Positions 9,234 to 18,923 are shown, counted from the stretch's first letter. The stretch is 49,193 nt of DNA from a virus (IMGVR_UViG_3300037308_000057:1-49193); one strand, 5' to 3'. Notes: a model not told the origin generated them from the letters alone. Program-made: numbers and translations.

Positions 9234-10304
9234 ATGAACAACCGAGATTTAGAGCACCTCCGCACCAACTCAATGATTCGATTCCGTACCGAGATCGTTG
9301 ATGGCTATCCTATTGAGATCGTCTCCTACAGGATCAGCGACAAAGAACTGTGGGACGATCCTGCAGCGTTAGAGACTCGTGGCAACGTATACGATGTCCA
9401 AACCGGCGAATGTATCTGCGCCTGCTTTCCTAAGTTCTTTAACGTCGGGGAACGTACTGATACCCAACCTGATATCGTCAAGGACTCGTTTGTCGAGGTC
9501 TTCGAGAAGCGCGATGGAACAATGGTCACTCCTGTCAAAATTGATGAGAACGTTTACTGGAAGACCAAGAAGTCCTTCTTCAGCGAAGTTGCACTGCTTG
9601 CGCAATCGTTGGTTCCCGCTTATGTCAATTTAATGGTGAGTGGTTGTTTACCTCGTTACACTCCGATTTTCGAGTTTACTCATCCGGATAATCGAATCGT
9701 TCTGGACTACGGCAGCGAGCAGAACTTCACCCTACTCGCAATTCGTGATAACGATACGGGAGAGTTCTTACCATGGACTAAGGTGTTAAATTTTTCTAAA
9801 ACATTCAATATCCCAGTCATTAAGAAGTATGAGAAGACTTGGGACGAACTGATGTACGATGTAGAGCACGTTGTTGGCATTGAAGGTTATGTTCTGGTTC
9901 TGAAAGATGGGCGCCGAGTCAAGCTCAAGACCAAATGGTACCTGGAGATGCACCGCACTATGACTAAGTTGTGCAAGCGCGATGTTGTGGAAGCCGTGCT
10001 GAACGAAACTGTTGATGATATGAAGTCTCTACTTACTTCGCAAGGCAAGGATTTGGCTCCCATCGAAGCGATTGAGAAGCAAGTGGTTGAGGAGATTGTG
10101 GTTCTGCGAGATCAGGTCGGGCATATCGTTTGGTCTAACTCAAATAAGTCAGTGAAGGAAGTTGCAATTGAAATGAAAGGACACCCGTTGTTCAGCCTGA
10201 TTATGTCTGAGATCCGCGGCAAGGAAGCAAACTACTCTGATTATTGGAAGCGCAACCGTCTCCGAGACTTCTCGTTGCGTTGCATTTATAACACCAACTT
10301 TTAA
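9234..10304 (+). CDS. rnlA: T4 RNA ligase 1-like (RnlA)
   Basis: ETRG..FPKFFNVGE; motif I EKRDGT; FEFTHPDNRIVLDY; EGYV; KLKTKWY. Confidence 0.88.
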   Translation: MNNRDLEHLRTNSMIRFRTEIVDGYPIEIVSYRISDKELWDDPAALETRGNVYDVQTGECICACFPKFFNVGERTDTQPDIVKDSFVEVFEKRDGTMVTPVKIDENVYWKTKKSFFSEVALLAQSLVPAYVNLMVSGCLPRYTPIFEFTHPDNRIVLDYGSEQNFTLLAIRDNDTGEFLPWTKVLNFSKTFNIPVIKKYEKTWDELMYDVEHVVGIEGYVLVLKDGRRVKLKTKWYLEMHRTMTKLCKRDVVEAVLNETVDDMKSLLTSQGKDLAPIEAIEKQVVEEIVVLRDQVGHIVWSNSNKSVKEVAIEMKGHPLFSLIMSEIRGKEANYSDYWKRNRLRDFSLRCIYNTNF

Positions 10305-10340
10305 GGTGACTACTATGAAATACCATAGGAAGATGTACGA

Positions 10341-10929
10341 ATGAATAAACTGCTAGACGTAAGGGTAAACATGCATCTGCGGCGACCAGCATAGACCCGA
10401 GGTGATCGGCTTGTTCGATGAGATCAAGACGGATCACCTCATCTATGTCAAACGTTGTCGCGGGATGAATGAAGATTTCAAAAAAGGCGTGGGTGGCGTG
10501 TTAGTCAGTACCATGGATATATCAGGGTACAACCTACTGGCAATCGACAACGACCTTGCTTCATTCTATTATTTCAGCGCAACTAACCGCTATGGACCAC
10601 ATAAGATAGAACTCGCACTTGATGTTACGAAGGGAGATAAAGTCAAGTACTCGGGTCTTTGGTGCAACAATGCTGGGGCTATCAACTTTTGGTATCCAGA
10701 GGTCCTGGTTATGGATGCGCGCATAACATCCGACAGGACTGAGTTCTTCAAGTTGCTCCCGCCATCGGGTGGCATGGTTGCTCATAACGTCATTCTGATG
10801 TTAAAGGAAAGGAACTGGCGCGTTGGGTTGGTCAAGGGCTCGGATGGCTACGTCAACGTGGAACCACTGCTCCCCGATGGGACGCCCAAAAACGAACGTT
10901 GGGGTGCCAAGGTCCTGAAAATATTTTGA
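10341..10929 (+). CDS. Hypothetical protein, probable +1 shift at CGG 10380
   Basis: ATG 10341 MNKLLDVRVNMHL; skipping C10380 joins the 10402..10929 frame; no homology anchor for the junction. Confidence 0.6.
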
Positions 10930-10937
10930 AAAAAGAC

Positions 10938-10965
10938 TTGACTTCCAGGAAATTTATACTATACT
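10938..10965 (+). promoter_or_regulatory. Sigma70-type early promoter P4
   Basis: AAAAAAGAC-TTGACT-TCCAGGAAATTTATAC-TATACT. Confidence 0.8.
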
Positions 10966-11003
10966 ATGGTCATAAAGCAAGCAAACAAGCAGGTGCAAGC
11001 AAA

Positions 11004-11753
11004 ATGGCATCACTAAGCGTTCAAGCAATCGTCGAGCAGTATGCTCGGGCTACAGCTGCGAAGATGGAATCCTACGTCCAATCCCAGTATAACGTACCCG
11101 ACTTCAAGCTTAAGGTGATCGTCTCCTACGGGAAGCGACGCCGGAGCAGCTGGGGCGGCATGAGGAATGGCAAGCCGTTTATCAACTTAGTGTGCAAGCG
11201 GTTTGCTGCGGCTTCTGAAGCGGGCGTGATGATGACTGAGACCGAATATGCGCATATCCGAAACGATCCAGTTATCGGGGAAATGAAGGATGTCCCGTGG
11301 GAAACAGCGCTTGCTGGGTTGATTGCACACGAGATTGCCCATGCTGTACAGTTCTTCCCGCTTACTAAGCGCTCTGCGATGGAAAAGCTTGGCGTAAAAG
11401 AACTTGATGGACACAGCTGCATCCTCAAAAATCATAACTGGTTTTGGCAGCGCATCTATGCCGACCTGCGCACCGAGTTCGTAAATGGGAAAGTTACGGT
11501 TACTTCTACTCCGATTGTCGTTACTCCACCGCCGTCGCGCCCTCAGCGTACCGTAAACAAGGGCTGGAAAGTCGTAAGACAGCAGAATGGCAAAGCCCGA
11601 TTCTCGTTTTACTACACTACATCTGATGAGCTTATCGGTGTCCTATGCGTGACTCCCGATGGCTACTTCCGCTATTATCCCGACACCCAGAGCGTCAAGA
11701 AGCTCAACGTTAAGAACTTTAACGAAGCTCGTAAAATCGAGTTTGGTATCTAA
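11004..11753 (+). CDS. HExxH zinc-metalloprotease-like (SprT-like) early protein
   Basis: LIAHEIAHAVQ plus downstream H..FWQRIY; ATG 11004 lies downstream of P4; three in-frame CGG. Confidence 0.7.
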   Translation: MASLSVQAIVEQYARATAAKMESYVQSQYNVPDFKLKVIVSYGKRRRSSWGGMRNGKPFINLVCKRFAAASEAGVMMTETEYAHIRNDPVIGEMKDVPWETALAGLIAHEIAHAVQFFPLTKRSAMEKLGVKELDGHSCILKNHNWFWQRIYADLRTEFVNGKVTVTSTPIVVTPPPSRPQRTVNKGWKVVRQQNGKARFSFYYTTSDELIGVLCVTPDGYFRYYPDTQSVKKLNVKNFNEARKIEFGI

Positions 11754-11765
11754 TTGGAGACTGCA

Positions 11766-12716
11766 ATGAAAGATATCATCTTTAACGATCCTAACTGTAT
11801 CTACAACCTAGCCTCGGGTCTCACCCACTATAGTGCTAATTGCGGCTTCGAGCATAGCAAGCGATGGGCGTTAGACTGGATCAAGGACTCGATGCCTGAA
11901 GAGTACGAGCGACTGAAGAACGCTAAGGACACTCAGTTCAGCAATCGTGGCTTCGTGTGTCGCATGATCAAGAACGGGCTCAAGGTCAGTCCCGAGCTAA
12001 CGCTAAAACTGGTCGAGTTCTTTAAGAGCATCAATACGGATCCCAAAGTGGTCGAGAAGACTGAAGAATCGTGTAGCAAGAAAGTTGTTAGCCAGATCAA
12101 TCAGACTATCTTTCAATTAGAAGATGTGGTTGATGCTATCCTCTCTGATAACGAGTCCAATGCGGTCACTGTCCCGGCAGACGCTAAGCAAGTCAAAGAA
12201 GCTATGGCGTGGATTGAAAAGGAAGCCATTGAGGCAGTCGAGCAGATTAACAAACATCAGGCAATCCTAGCTCAACTGGAGTCGGTATATGAGCGTTGCG
12301 GTGGTGTCAAAGCCAAGCTGGTTAAGCCTGCTGCTAAAACTTTAGTCAAGACAAAGCCTGCCTATGTTGATAAGGCAAAGGCTGTGAAGACGATGACTTA
12401 CCAGAAAGAGGACAATGAGCTCAAGGTGACGAGCCTCAGTCCAGCTAAGTTGGTTGGCGCAAAGCAAGCGTTGCTCTACAACACGAAACGCCGTACCGTA
12501 TGCGTATACATTGCAAAGCCGGGTCAGACGCTGTCTGTAAGCAGAAGCAGCATCAGAGGTGCAGACGAATCAAAGAGTTACGCCAAGATCGTCCGCAAAC
12601 CTGCCGAGTTTTTTGCAGTCGCGAACAAGCTTGCGGCTGCTGAGCTGCTAAACTCGAAACCGAAGAACGTAGGAATGCACGTTTCCGATACAACGCTGAT
12701 CGTTGAAGTTGCATAG
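11766..12716 (+). CDS. Hypothetical protein
   Basis: Long ORF, GGAG SD before ATG 11766, Lys-rich C-terminal half. Confidence 0.75.
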   Translation: MKDIIFNDPNCIYNLASGLTHYSANCGFEHSKRWALDWIKDSMPEEYERLKNAKDTQFSNRGFVCRMIKNGLKVSPELTLKLVEFFKSINTDPKVVEKTEESCSKKVVSQINQTIFQLEDVVDAILSDNESNAVTVPADAKQVKEAMAWIEKEAIEAVEQINKHQAILAQLESVYERCGGVKAKLVKPAAKTLVKTKPAYVDKAKAVKTMTYQKEDNELKVTSLSPAKLVGAKQALLYNTKRRTVCVYIAKPGQTLSVSRSSIRGADESKSYAKIVRKPAEFFAVANKLAAAELLNSKPKNVGMHVSDTTLIVEVA

Positions 12717-12766
12717 CCGCATCAAGTGGGGCAGAATGCCCGTAACCTGTCAATTTGGAGTGTCCT

Positions 12767-14032
12767 ATGATCCTCAAAATCATTAACCAACTCGCTGCAA
12801 TGACTAGCCGCAAAGAAAAAGAGTATATCCTCAAAGAGCACAAAGACAACGAGTTGCTCAAGACAGTATTTTGGGCAACCTATAACCCTGATTTGACCTA
12901 CTGGATTCAGAAGACCCCCGCATACACCAACACGGCGGTTGCCATGTCCTTAAAGACGGCTATCGAAAAGTTGCAAGCGCAAATTGCAACCCGCGCGGTG
13001 ACGGGCAACGCGGCTGTCAATTTCTACCAAGCCCTGCTGTCCTCCCTCTCCGCAGATGATGCCGAAGTGCTACGACGCATCGTTATCCGCGACCTCCGTT
13101 GTGGCGTGAACATCCCCACCATAAATAAAATATGGAAGGGACTGATCCCCACCTATGAACTGATGCTGGCTGAGAGTGATCCGAAGCGCCTAGTATTCCC
13201 TTGCTATGTCCAGAAGAAATTTGATGGCTTACGTTGTCTTATTACCCGCACTCTGAACGATGAAATCATCCTGCGTACCCGCAATGGCAATCCGATTACC
13301 TCATTGAGTGTGATGGAGTCCTACCTGAAAGAAGTTGTTCAGCGTGGTGAGACTTGGGATGGTGAGTTGGTTTGTTATGCTAACGGCAAGCCATTGCCAC
13401 GCAAGGTCAGCAACGGCATCCTTAACAAAGCAATCCGTGAAACTATCTTACCCTCTGAAGCGGCACTGGTTACCTTCCAATGCTGGGACATCGTTGATCA
13501 GACTCAGAAGATAACCTACGAGAACAGGCTAGATACACTCTACAGCCGATTCGTTAGCAAGCGTAATGCTAAAGTCTTTCCCGTTGAGACCGAAACGGTC
13601 AGAACGATAGGTGAGGTTGAGGCACTGTTTGAAAAGGCGCTGAAGGTTGGTGAAGAAGGAGTGATCGCTAAAAACAAGGATGCTGTGTGGCAACCGAAGC
13701 GTACTTTCGATCTCGTTAAGTTCAAAGCAGAAAAGACCGTTGATCTCCTGGTTGTGGGTTGGGAGGAAGGCACGGGTAAGAATGTCGGGCGCATGGGTGC
13801 GCTGGTGTGCGAGACGAGTGATAGTCTAGTCAGGGTTAACGTCGGCACGGGGTACAGTGATGCGCAACGTATCGAGTTCATGCAGAACAAGCCTATTGAC
13901 CGAATTGTTGAGGTTATGTATAATGCGCGCATAACTAAGAAAGGTGGCGGTGTGGACAGCTTGTACCTTCCGCGCTTTATTAAGATTAGAGAAGATAAGT
14001 CTGAGGCGAACTCTTCCAAAGAGGTGAAATGA
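12767..14032 (+). CDS. ATP-dependent DNA ligase (T4 gp30-like)
   Basis: KFDGLR, WDGEL, EEGVIAK, KFK, VGTGYSD, LYLPRF..IREDK. Confidence 0.95.
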   Translation: MILKIINQLAAMTSRKEKEYILKEHKDNELLKTVFWATYNPDLTYWIQKTPAYTNTAVAMSLKTAIEKLQAQIATRAVTGNAAVNFYQALLSSLSADDAEVLRRIVIRDLRCGVNIPTINKIWKGLIPTYELMLAESDPKRLVFPCYVQKKFDGLRCLITRTLNDEIILRTRNGNPITSLSVMESYLKEVVQRGETWDGELVCYANGKPLPRKVSNGILNKAIRETILPSEAALVTFQCWDIVDQTQKITYENRLDTLYSRFVSKRNAKVFPVETETVRTIGEVEALFEKALKVGEEGVIAKNKDAVWQPKRTFDLVKFKAEKTVDLLVVGWEEGTGKNVGRMGALVCETSDSLVRVNVGTGYSDAQRIEFMQNKPIDRIVEVMYNARITKKGGGVDSLYLPRFIKIREDKSEANSSKEVK

Positions 14033-14033
14033 C

Positions 14034-14486
14034 ATGCGCTGTAACTTGATACATCCGTGGTTCCTTACTGACCAACACCTGAATGCTGAGAGACGTGAGC
14101 TAAGAATGATCCCGCCTCTGCTTGCAAAGCGCATAAAATCGGGCAAGCAGTCCACAGCCGATATTCCAAAACGATTCACGCTTGGTAGCGGTCACATGCT
14201 CTTCTGGCTTGACAAGTTTTTATATCTCGAATTCCGATATCAGTCTTTAACAAAAGAGATGCTATACCGAGGGTTTAATCCAAACACAGACATTACTTTG
14301 GATGTGTCGCTTGCAAAACAGCATGGTCTCTATAATGATTGGGAACCTGAGCTCGAAGATTACGACGTAATCATAACTCGCCTACGTGAGAGGATAGAGC
14401 AGAAGTTCAACTGGTACAAGTATTGTGGCAAGCCTATTAGCCGTGATTGGTACGACGTAACATATCTACTGCCTTACTACAAATGA
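14034..14486 (+). CDS. denV: Pyrimidine-dimer DNA glycosylase (endonuclease V-like)
   Basis: MRCNLI.P..LTDQHL.AE.REL; IP.RFTLG.GH.LF..DK..YL..RY..L..EM..RG. Confidence 0.9.
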   Translation: MRCNLIHPWFLTDQHLNAERRELRMIPPLLAKRIKSGKQSTADIPKRFTLGSGHMLFWLDKFLYLEFRYQSLTKEMLYRGFNPNTDITLDVSLAKQHGLYNDWEPELEDYDVIITRLRERIEQKFNWYKYCGKPISRDWYDVTYLLPYYK

Positions 14487-14495
14487 GGTCATCAG

Positions 14496-15410
14496 ATGGT
14501 TCAAAAAAGCACATTATTCCTAAGGAACATAACAGCAATCGATTACGCATGGCTTGACCCTGTCAGCGGTAAACCTAAGGGAGGCAGTCTACAGTTAAGC
14601 GCAATGGTCTCAGGACGAATAGACCCGCATGAAGCTGTCGTGGTAGATTTCAGTAAAATTAAGAAGAAGATCAAAGCGATTATTGACGATAATGAGCATG
14701 GCTTCGATCACAAGCTATGGGTGCCTGATAACTATAACACCGATCACCCACAAATCGAGGTTTACGAAGAGGCAGGTGAGATCGAGATTAGCACGGCTAA
14801 CTTCAGCACTGTCTGCCCAACCAACGCCGTTAGGTTTGTCAATCTCGATAACATTACGGGTAGTATACAGCACCATCTTGAAACAGAACTTAGAGTCGCC
14901 TATCCCAACGTCGGTATTAAAGTTAAGGTAGAACTCAGCGAAGAGATGTGGATTCCTGAGTCCATGCGCAAGTGCGCTATGCCGTTCCGTTATGTTCACG
15001 GTCTCAAGAACAGCTCAAGCTGGGGATGCCAGAACATTAACCACGGGCATTTGAGTTGGTTGGCCGTGTGCAATAAGGATGGCAAAGGGTTATTCATTCC
15101 AACGAAGTTCTATATTAAGCTAAGGAGGGACTTAGAAGATGTCTACTTTGTCTGGGATGAGAACATTCTTACATTCTCTAAAACAGGAATACACATTGGT
15201 TACAAGTGTAAGCGTGGATATTTCGAGTGTGCCTATAAAGCAGATGCCAATATTAGAATCATCGACAAAGATACGACAGTCGAGAACTTGGCGCAGTGGT
15301 TTGTAACCAATTATCGAGACGATCTTATCACGGGGGAGTTGAAAGAAGCAGGGGCTCATTCAGTGTATGTGAGCGAAGGTCTCACAAAAGGCAGCTACCA
15401 AGAAATATGA
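14496..15410 (+). CDS. QueD-like (PTPS / T-fold) protein
   Basis: VVDFSKIKK, FDHKLWVP, HGL....GCQNINHGH, TTVENLA resemble long QueD-like proteins. Confidence 0.7.
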   Translation: MVQKSTLFLRNITAIDYAWLDPVSGKPKGGSLQLSAMVSGRIDPHEAVVVDFSKIKKKIKAIIDDNEHGFDHKLWVPDNYNTDHPQIEVYEEAGEIEISTANFSTVCPTNAVRFVNLDNITGSIQHHLETELRVAYPNVGIKVKVELSEEMWIPESMRKCAMPFRYVHGLKNSSSWGCQNINHGHLSWLAVCNKDGKGLFIPTKFYIKLRRDLEDVYFVWDENILTFSKTGIHIGYKCKRGYFECAYKADANIRIIDKDTTVENLAQWFVTNYRDDLITGELKEAGAHSVYVSEGLTKGSYQEI

Positions 15411-15417
15411 GGTCATT

Positions 15418-15597
15418 ATGAGAAAGAACCATGAAATTGCCATAAGGATCACCAATACTGAAAGGGGGTTCGTTGTCACTGTGACGGTGGAGAACAAAGA
15501 AACTCACAAGACGGCTGAGAAGAAAGATACGTTTTCTGAACTACCCAATGATTTTGAATCTCTTATTATCCGTGCAATTGAGGAGTGCGATAAATGA
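15418..15597 (+). CDS. Small hypothetical protein (59 aa)
   Basis: GAGG SD; MRKNHEIAIRITNTERGF...; ATGA coupling to next gene. Confidence 0.55.
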   Translation: MRKNHEIAIRITNTERGFVVTVTVENKETHKTAEKKDTFSELPNDFESLIIRAIEECDK

Positions 15598-16461
15598 AAA
15601 AGGCTATCTTGGTTTTTCGGTTGTTCTGAAAAGACCATCACAGAGCAAGCCAAGATGTTGCAGATTCGTCGAGAAGACACCACAGGAATGTTATGGAAAA
15701 TTGTATCTGAGAAGGAAGACCTAGAGCGCTTCGTTAAGACACACAACTATGACGCACTGTGCCTAACCGAATGGCTTGCGCCGATTAGAAACGATGTGAT
15801 CGTAAACCTCCTCAGCAAGACAAAGAAAGAGATCGATAATAACTTTATCAGTGGCGTTATCGTGTGTGGGCAATTCGCACTCGATGAAGACGTTAGGAAA
15901 GTGTATGTAGATATTTTGACAGAACAGGGCTACGAGGTAGAGCTGTATCCAGTTGTTTCGTCCTGGGGTTCTCTACTTACAGACTGCCTTATCTACAGAA
16001 CGTCTATCAAGCGCGCCCTCAAGAACTGGGTTTTGTTCACTAAGCAGTTCTCTCGACAGTATGCTCCGCCAGACACAGCTCAGACAAAAGCGGTAGTAGT
16101 CTCTCCAGAGATTGCAACCAGGAAGGACATTCCCGGGACGTTTGAACTTGTGGTTATGCTCGAAGCGTTGCAAGCGCAAGGCTATGCGATTTTAGTGATC
16201 GACCTATCGAAGGATACTGAGGGAATAAAAAAAGCATTCGAGACTATTGGGTTTCCTAAAGTTCAGGTAATCGAACCTCGTCATTCAGATGCGAAGATAT
16301 CGCTCAGTGTTAAGCAAGATGTCTTTTGGACTGCGATTGCGAATTACTATGATGTTAAACTTGTGATCGAACACGATGCAGTATCCATTCCTAAATGGAG
16401 AGACATTGGGTTACCAGTAATCTCACTAACTAATATCTTTGATGTGGAGTATCTTATATGA
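15594..16461 (+). CDS. Degenerate PseT/polynucleotide kinase-phosphatase-like protein, +1 shift at CGG 15618
   Basis: MKKAILVF-(skip C)-GC resembles the PseT N-terminus; C-terminus KQDVFWTAIANYYDVKLVIEHD....WRDIG resembles the PseT C-terminus; no P-loop or DxD motif. Confidence 0.65.
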
Positions 16462-17157
16462 CCATTGTCAACTTACAAGCACCCGATAAGAATGAAGTGA
16501 AGATTTTGCCTTCGACCTATGAGGTACCAGAGTTGTATCAGAGTAAGCCTTTAGGGATTGGCTTCTCTCGGTTCACATAGGACTGGAAAAACGATCACTG
16601 CCATAGAAGTTGCTAAGAAGATGGGCGTTATTTACGTGAATGCCCATGTGAGCGCAACGAATATCTGGACTACCATCTCTCCTAGCGACAACATGACGTT
16701 TGGTGAAAGAATCCAAGTTCAGGAGTTCCTTCTCGATGAAATGGAGGCATTACTAGGAAGGACATCTAGTATGAATGGGTTTATTATCGACAGGACTCCT
16801 ATCGACATTCTAGCGTACCTTCTCACAAACATCGATGGAACCACTAGCAGCATATTTGACTCTCGAGGACAATCATTTATCAATAGGTGTATTGATCTCA
16901 GTGCAAAGAACTTCACCCATTTTGTGGTTGTTTCGCCAGGTATTCCATTTGTAACAGACGTTGGTAAATCAGGCAAAGTGTATAACAGTGGCATGTATCA
17001 GGAGAGTCTAACCAATGTGATAATCGGCGCCTACTATCGCTATTTTGAAAGACTTCGATCTTTGATTAGAAAGACTTTGATTCTCGTCCCTGAAAGTGTC
17101 ACTGATTTGACTGCAAGAGTTGACTTTATTGTAACAAGCCTAAAGGCATTCCAATAA
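16458..17157 (+). CDS. P-loop nucleotide kinase/ATPase (AAA_28/NadR-like), +1 shift at CGG 16569
   Basis: ATG overlaps previous stop; IGFS-(skip C)-GSHRTGKT Walker A; IIDRTPIDILAY. Confidence 0.8.
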
Positions 17158-17375
17158 TGTTTTCGTTCTATGCTCTGTGTTTGATCTTCGTATCTGTTAC
17201 TCTTGTGACGCTGTTGGTTGTTTGTCTTCTTCAGATACGAAAGAACACCAATCAAACGACTTCTTCTCACCGTGATAAGGAACAGCAAAATGCTTCTCAA
17301 GCAATAGTTGAGATAAGTCGCGCCCGTCAAAAAAGACTTCTGCGAGAATACGCCCGCCATACTTGTCCCAAGTGA
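17157..17375 (+). CDS. Possible small membrane protein, antisense-overlapping the SNase gene
   Basis: TAATG coupling and N-terminal hydrophobic helix, but about 180 nt overlap with a minus-strand gene. Confidence 0.3.
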   Translation: MFSFYALCLIFVSVTLVTLLVVCLLQIRKNTNQTTSSHRDKEQQNASQAIVEISRARQKRLLREYARHTCPK

Positions 17376-17661
17376 GATTTTTCAGAGTGACGTGTTGAGT
17401 CATTTTAAGCTGTTCCTGAACAAAGGCTTTAGCCAGATTGGCTCGAGCCTTTTCGTTTGGACATTTAGAACGCTCCTCAGGAGTATCAACTCCCATGACA
17501 CGGATAGAGACGTTGTGCAACGGATCCGGGAATCCTACGATTACGGCTTTGAGAGTATCTCCATCAATAACACCTACCACTCTTATTTCATTTTGGCACT
17601 GAGCTGATGAGATTGTTATCAAGGAAAGAAGCATACAGAATGCGATAAGTATTCGTTTCAT
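17197..17661 (-). CDS. Staphylococcal nuclease (SNase)-family protein with signal peptide
   Basis: VIDGDT, IRVMGVDTPE, DKYGGRILA; AAGGA SD before MKRILIAF. Confidence 0.9.
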   Translation of the reverse strand: MKRILIAFCMLLSLITISSAQCQNEIRVVGVIDGDTLKAVIVGFPDPLHNVSIRVMGVDTPEERSKCPNEKARANLAKAFVQEQLKMTQHVTLKNLTWDKYGGRILAEVFFDGRDLSQLLLEKHFAVPYHGEKKSFDWCSFVSEEDKQPTASQE

Positions 17662-17901
17662 CTTTGGTATTCCTTCTGACTTGAATGATTGCACGCTTTA
17701 TGTTGTCGATACAGAAATTTTTGAACATCTGGCTCATCACAAAGTTGTTTCTGGGGAACCTATGTCCACTACAGCAAAGAAGACTCAAAAACCAACAGAC
17801 AGTCCTCATAATAATACCCAGATTACGGAATTGCGGACTGGTCCAACCTTCAACAAAAGTGATGGTCTCTTTTCCTATCAAAATGTACGAATACCCGTAT
17901 T

Positions 17902-18315
17902 TCATTGGTATCTCCTCACGTTCTCTTTAAACCATTTGCCATTGATTTGATCGTTATAGTAACGGTCATCATACAACACCTTTCGCAAGAACTGTTCTTC
18001 GATTTCTCTCCAGTTGGTCATTCCGAGGCTGGTGCAGAGATGGAGGATCTCTCTCCTGAATCTGTCAGGAGAGACTTTTCCCATTGCTTTGATTTCGGGA
18101 TGGCTACTGTAATACGTCTTCCAATCGGACTCTACTCGTTGCCTGCGAGTCTTACCCTTGACTTTACGCATGTTCCAGATGTGCTTTTTACCCACATAGA
18201 GTCTACCATTCTCATTGTCGGTCAAGAGATAGACAAAACCAAAGTAGGGAGAAAGCATCTCGCTGGTTACTTCTTGCCCCTGATAAGTCCATGGGTTAGC
18301 GTAGTCAGCCATCAA
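17902..18315 (-). CDS. GIY-YIG family nuclease
   Basis: GFVYLLT..NGRLYVGKK; ESDWKTYYSS; FRREILHLC; YYN. Confidence 0.8.
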   Translation of the reverse strand: MMADYANPWTYQGQEVTSEMLSPYFGFVYLLTDNENGRLYVGKKHIWNMRKVKGKTRRQRVESDWKTYYSSHPEIKAMGKVSPDRFRREILHLCTSLGMTNWREIEEQFLRKVLYDDRYYNDQINGKWFKENVRRYQ

Positions 18316-18923
18316 TAAATTACGATATTCGTTGTGTCATTCGTAGATTTCCATAACTTAAACGATAGAGTTACTGAGATATCTACGACTGCATTGTTGG
18401 CGGAATAGTTAAATGGTACTTCTGCGATTGCTAGAGGCCAAGCAGCGTATAGGGTAACACCATAAGTCTTGTTTCCTGCTCTGTCTAACTGCCATATTTT
18501 AACATCTTGAGTGTACTCTTCAAAGAAGTTTAGACTATTGTCGTTGAGATTGACAACAGCTGTTTGCCAGACATCAAAGAAGTGTCTTTGCCTATGGTAC
18601 GCGGATGAATAGAACGAGAATGTAACAGGGTCATATTGCTGGCTATAGGGTACATTGAATGGAGCACTATGCTGAGTGAGTGGATAGACCATCAATGTTC
18701 TGGCAGGCATAGTGGCCGTATGGCAACTAATATCTACAGCACCATCGTTATTGAGTTCATTGCCTAGGGAAACAATTTGACCCATAGAACTCTCAAAATT
18801 CATCCAGCTTCCTGTTTCAGCTACTCCTGGTGGCATCATAAACGAGACCATATAACGATTTTGTCTCGCAAAACCTAACGGGAAGTGCCCTAGGTATTCT
18901 GATACATTCTTTACTTCTGACAT
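18312..18923 (-). CDS. Baseplate tail-tube initiator (gp54-like, tail-tube fold)
   Basis: GFARQNRY; C...MP; PY...YDPVTFSFY; WPLAI....Y; position next to gp2/gp4. Confidence 0.75.
   Translation of the reverse strand: MSEVKNVSEYLGHFPLGFARQNRYMVSFMMPPGVAETGSWMNFESSMGQIVSLGNELNNDGAVDISCHTATMPARTLMVYPLTQHSAPFNVPYSQQYDPVTFSFYSSAYHRQRHFFDVWQTAVVNLNDNSLNFFEEYTQDVKIWQLDRAGNKTYGVTLYAAWPLAIAEVPFNYSANNAVVDISVTLSFKLWKSTNDTTNIVIY

Noticed and set aside
10899-11003. ORF-track 5' extension of the HExxH gene
   Set aside because: It runs through promoter P4; ATG 11004 is the plausible start.
11046-11201. Three CGG skips summing to zero in the HExxH gene
   Set aside because: After the first skip the new frame hits TGA before any further in-frame CGG.
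17588-17950. Three overlapping ORFs between the SNase and GIY-YIG genes
   Set aside because: No recognisable motifs; 17588..17905(-) may be a remnant but cannot be supported.
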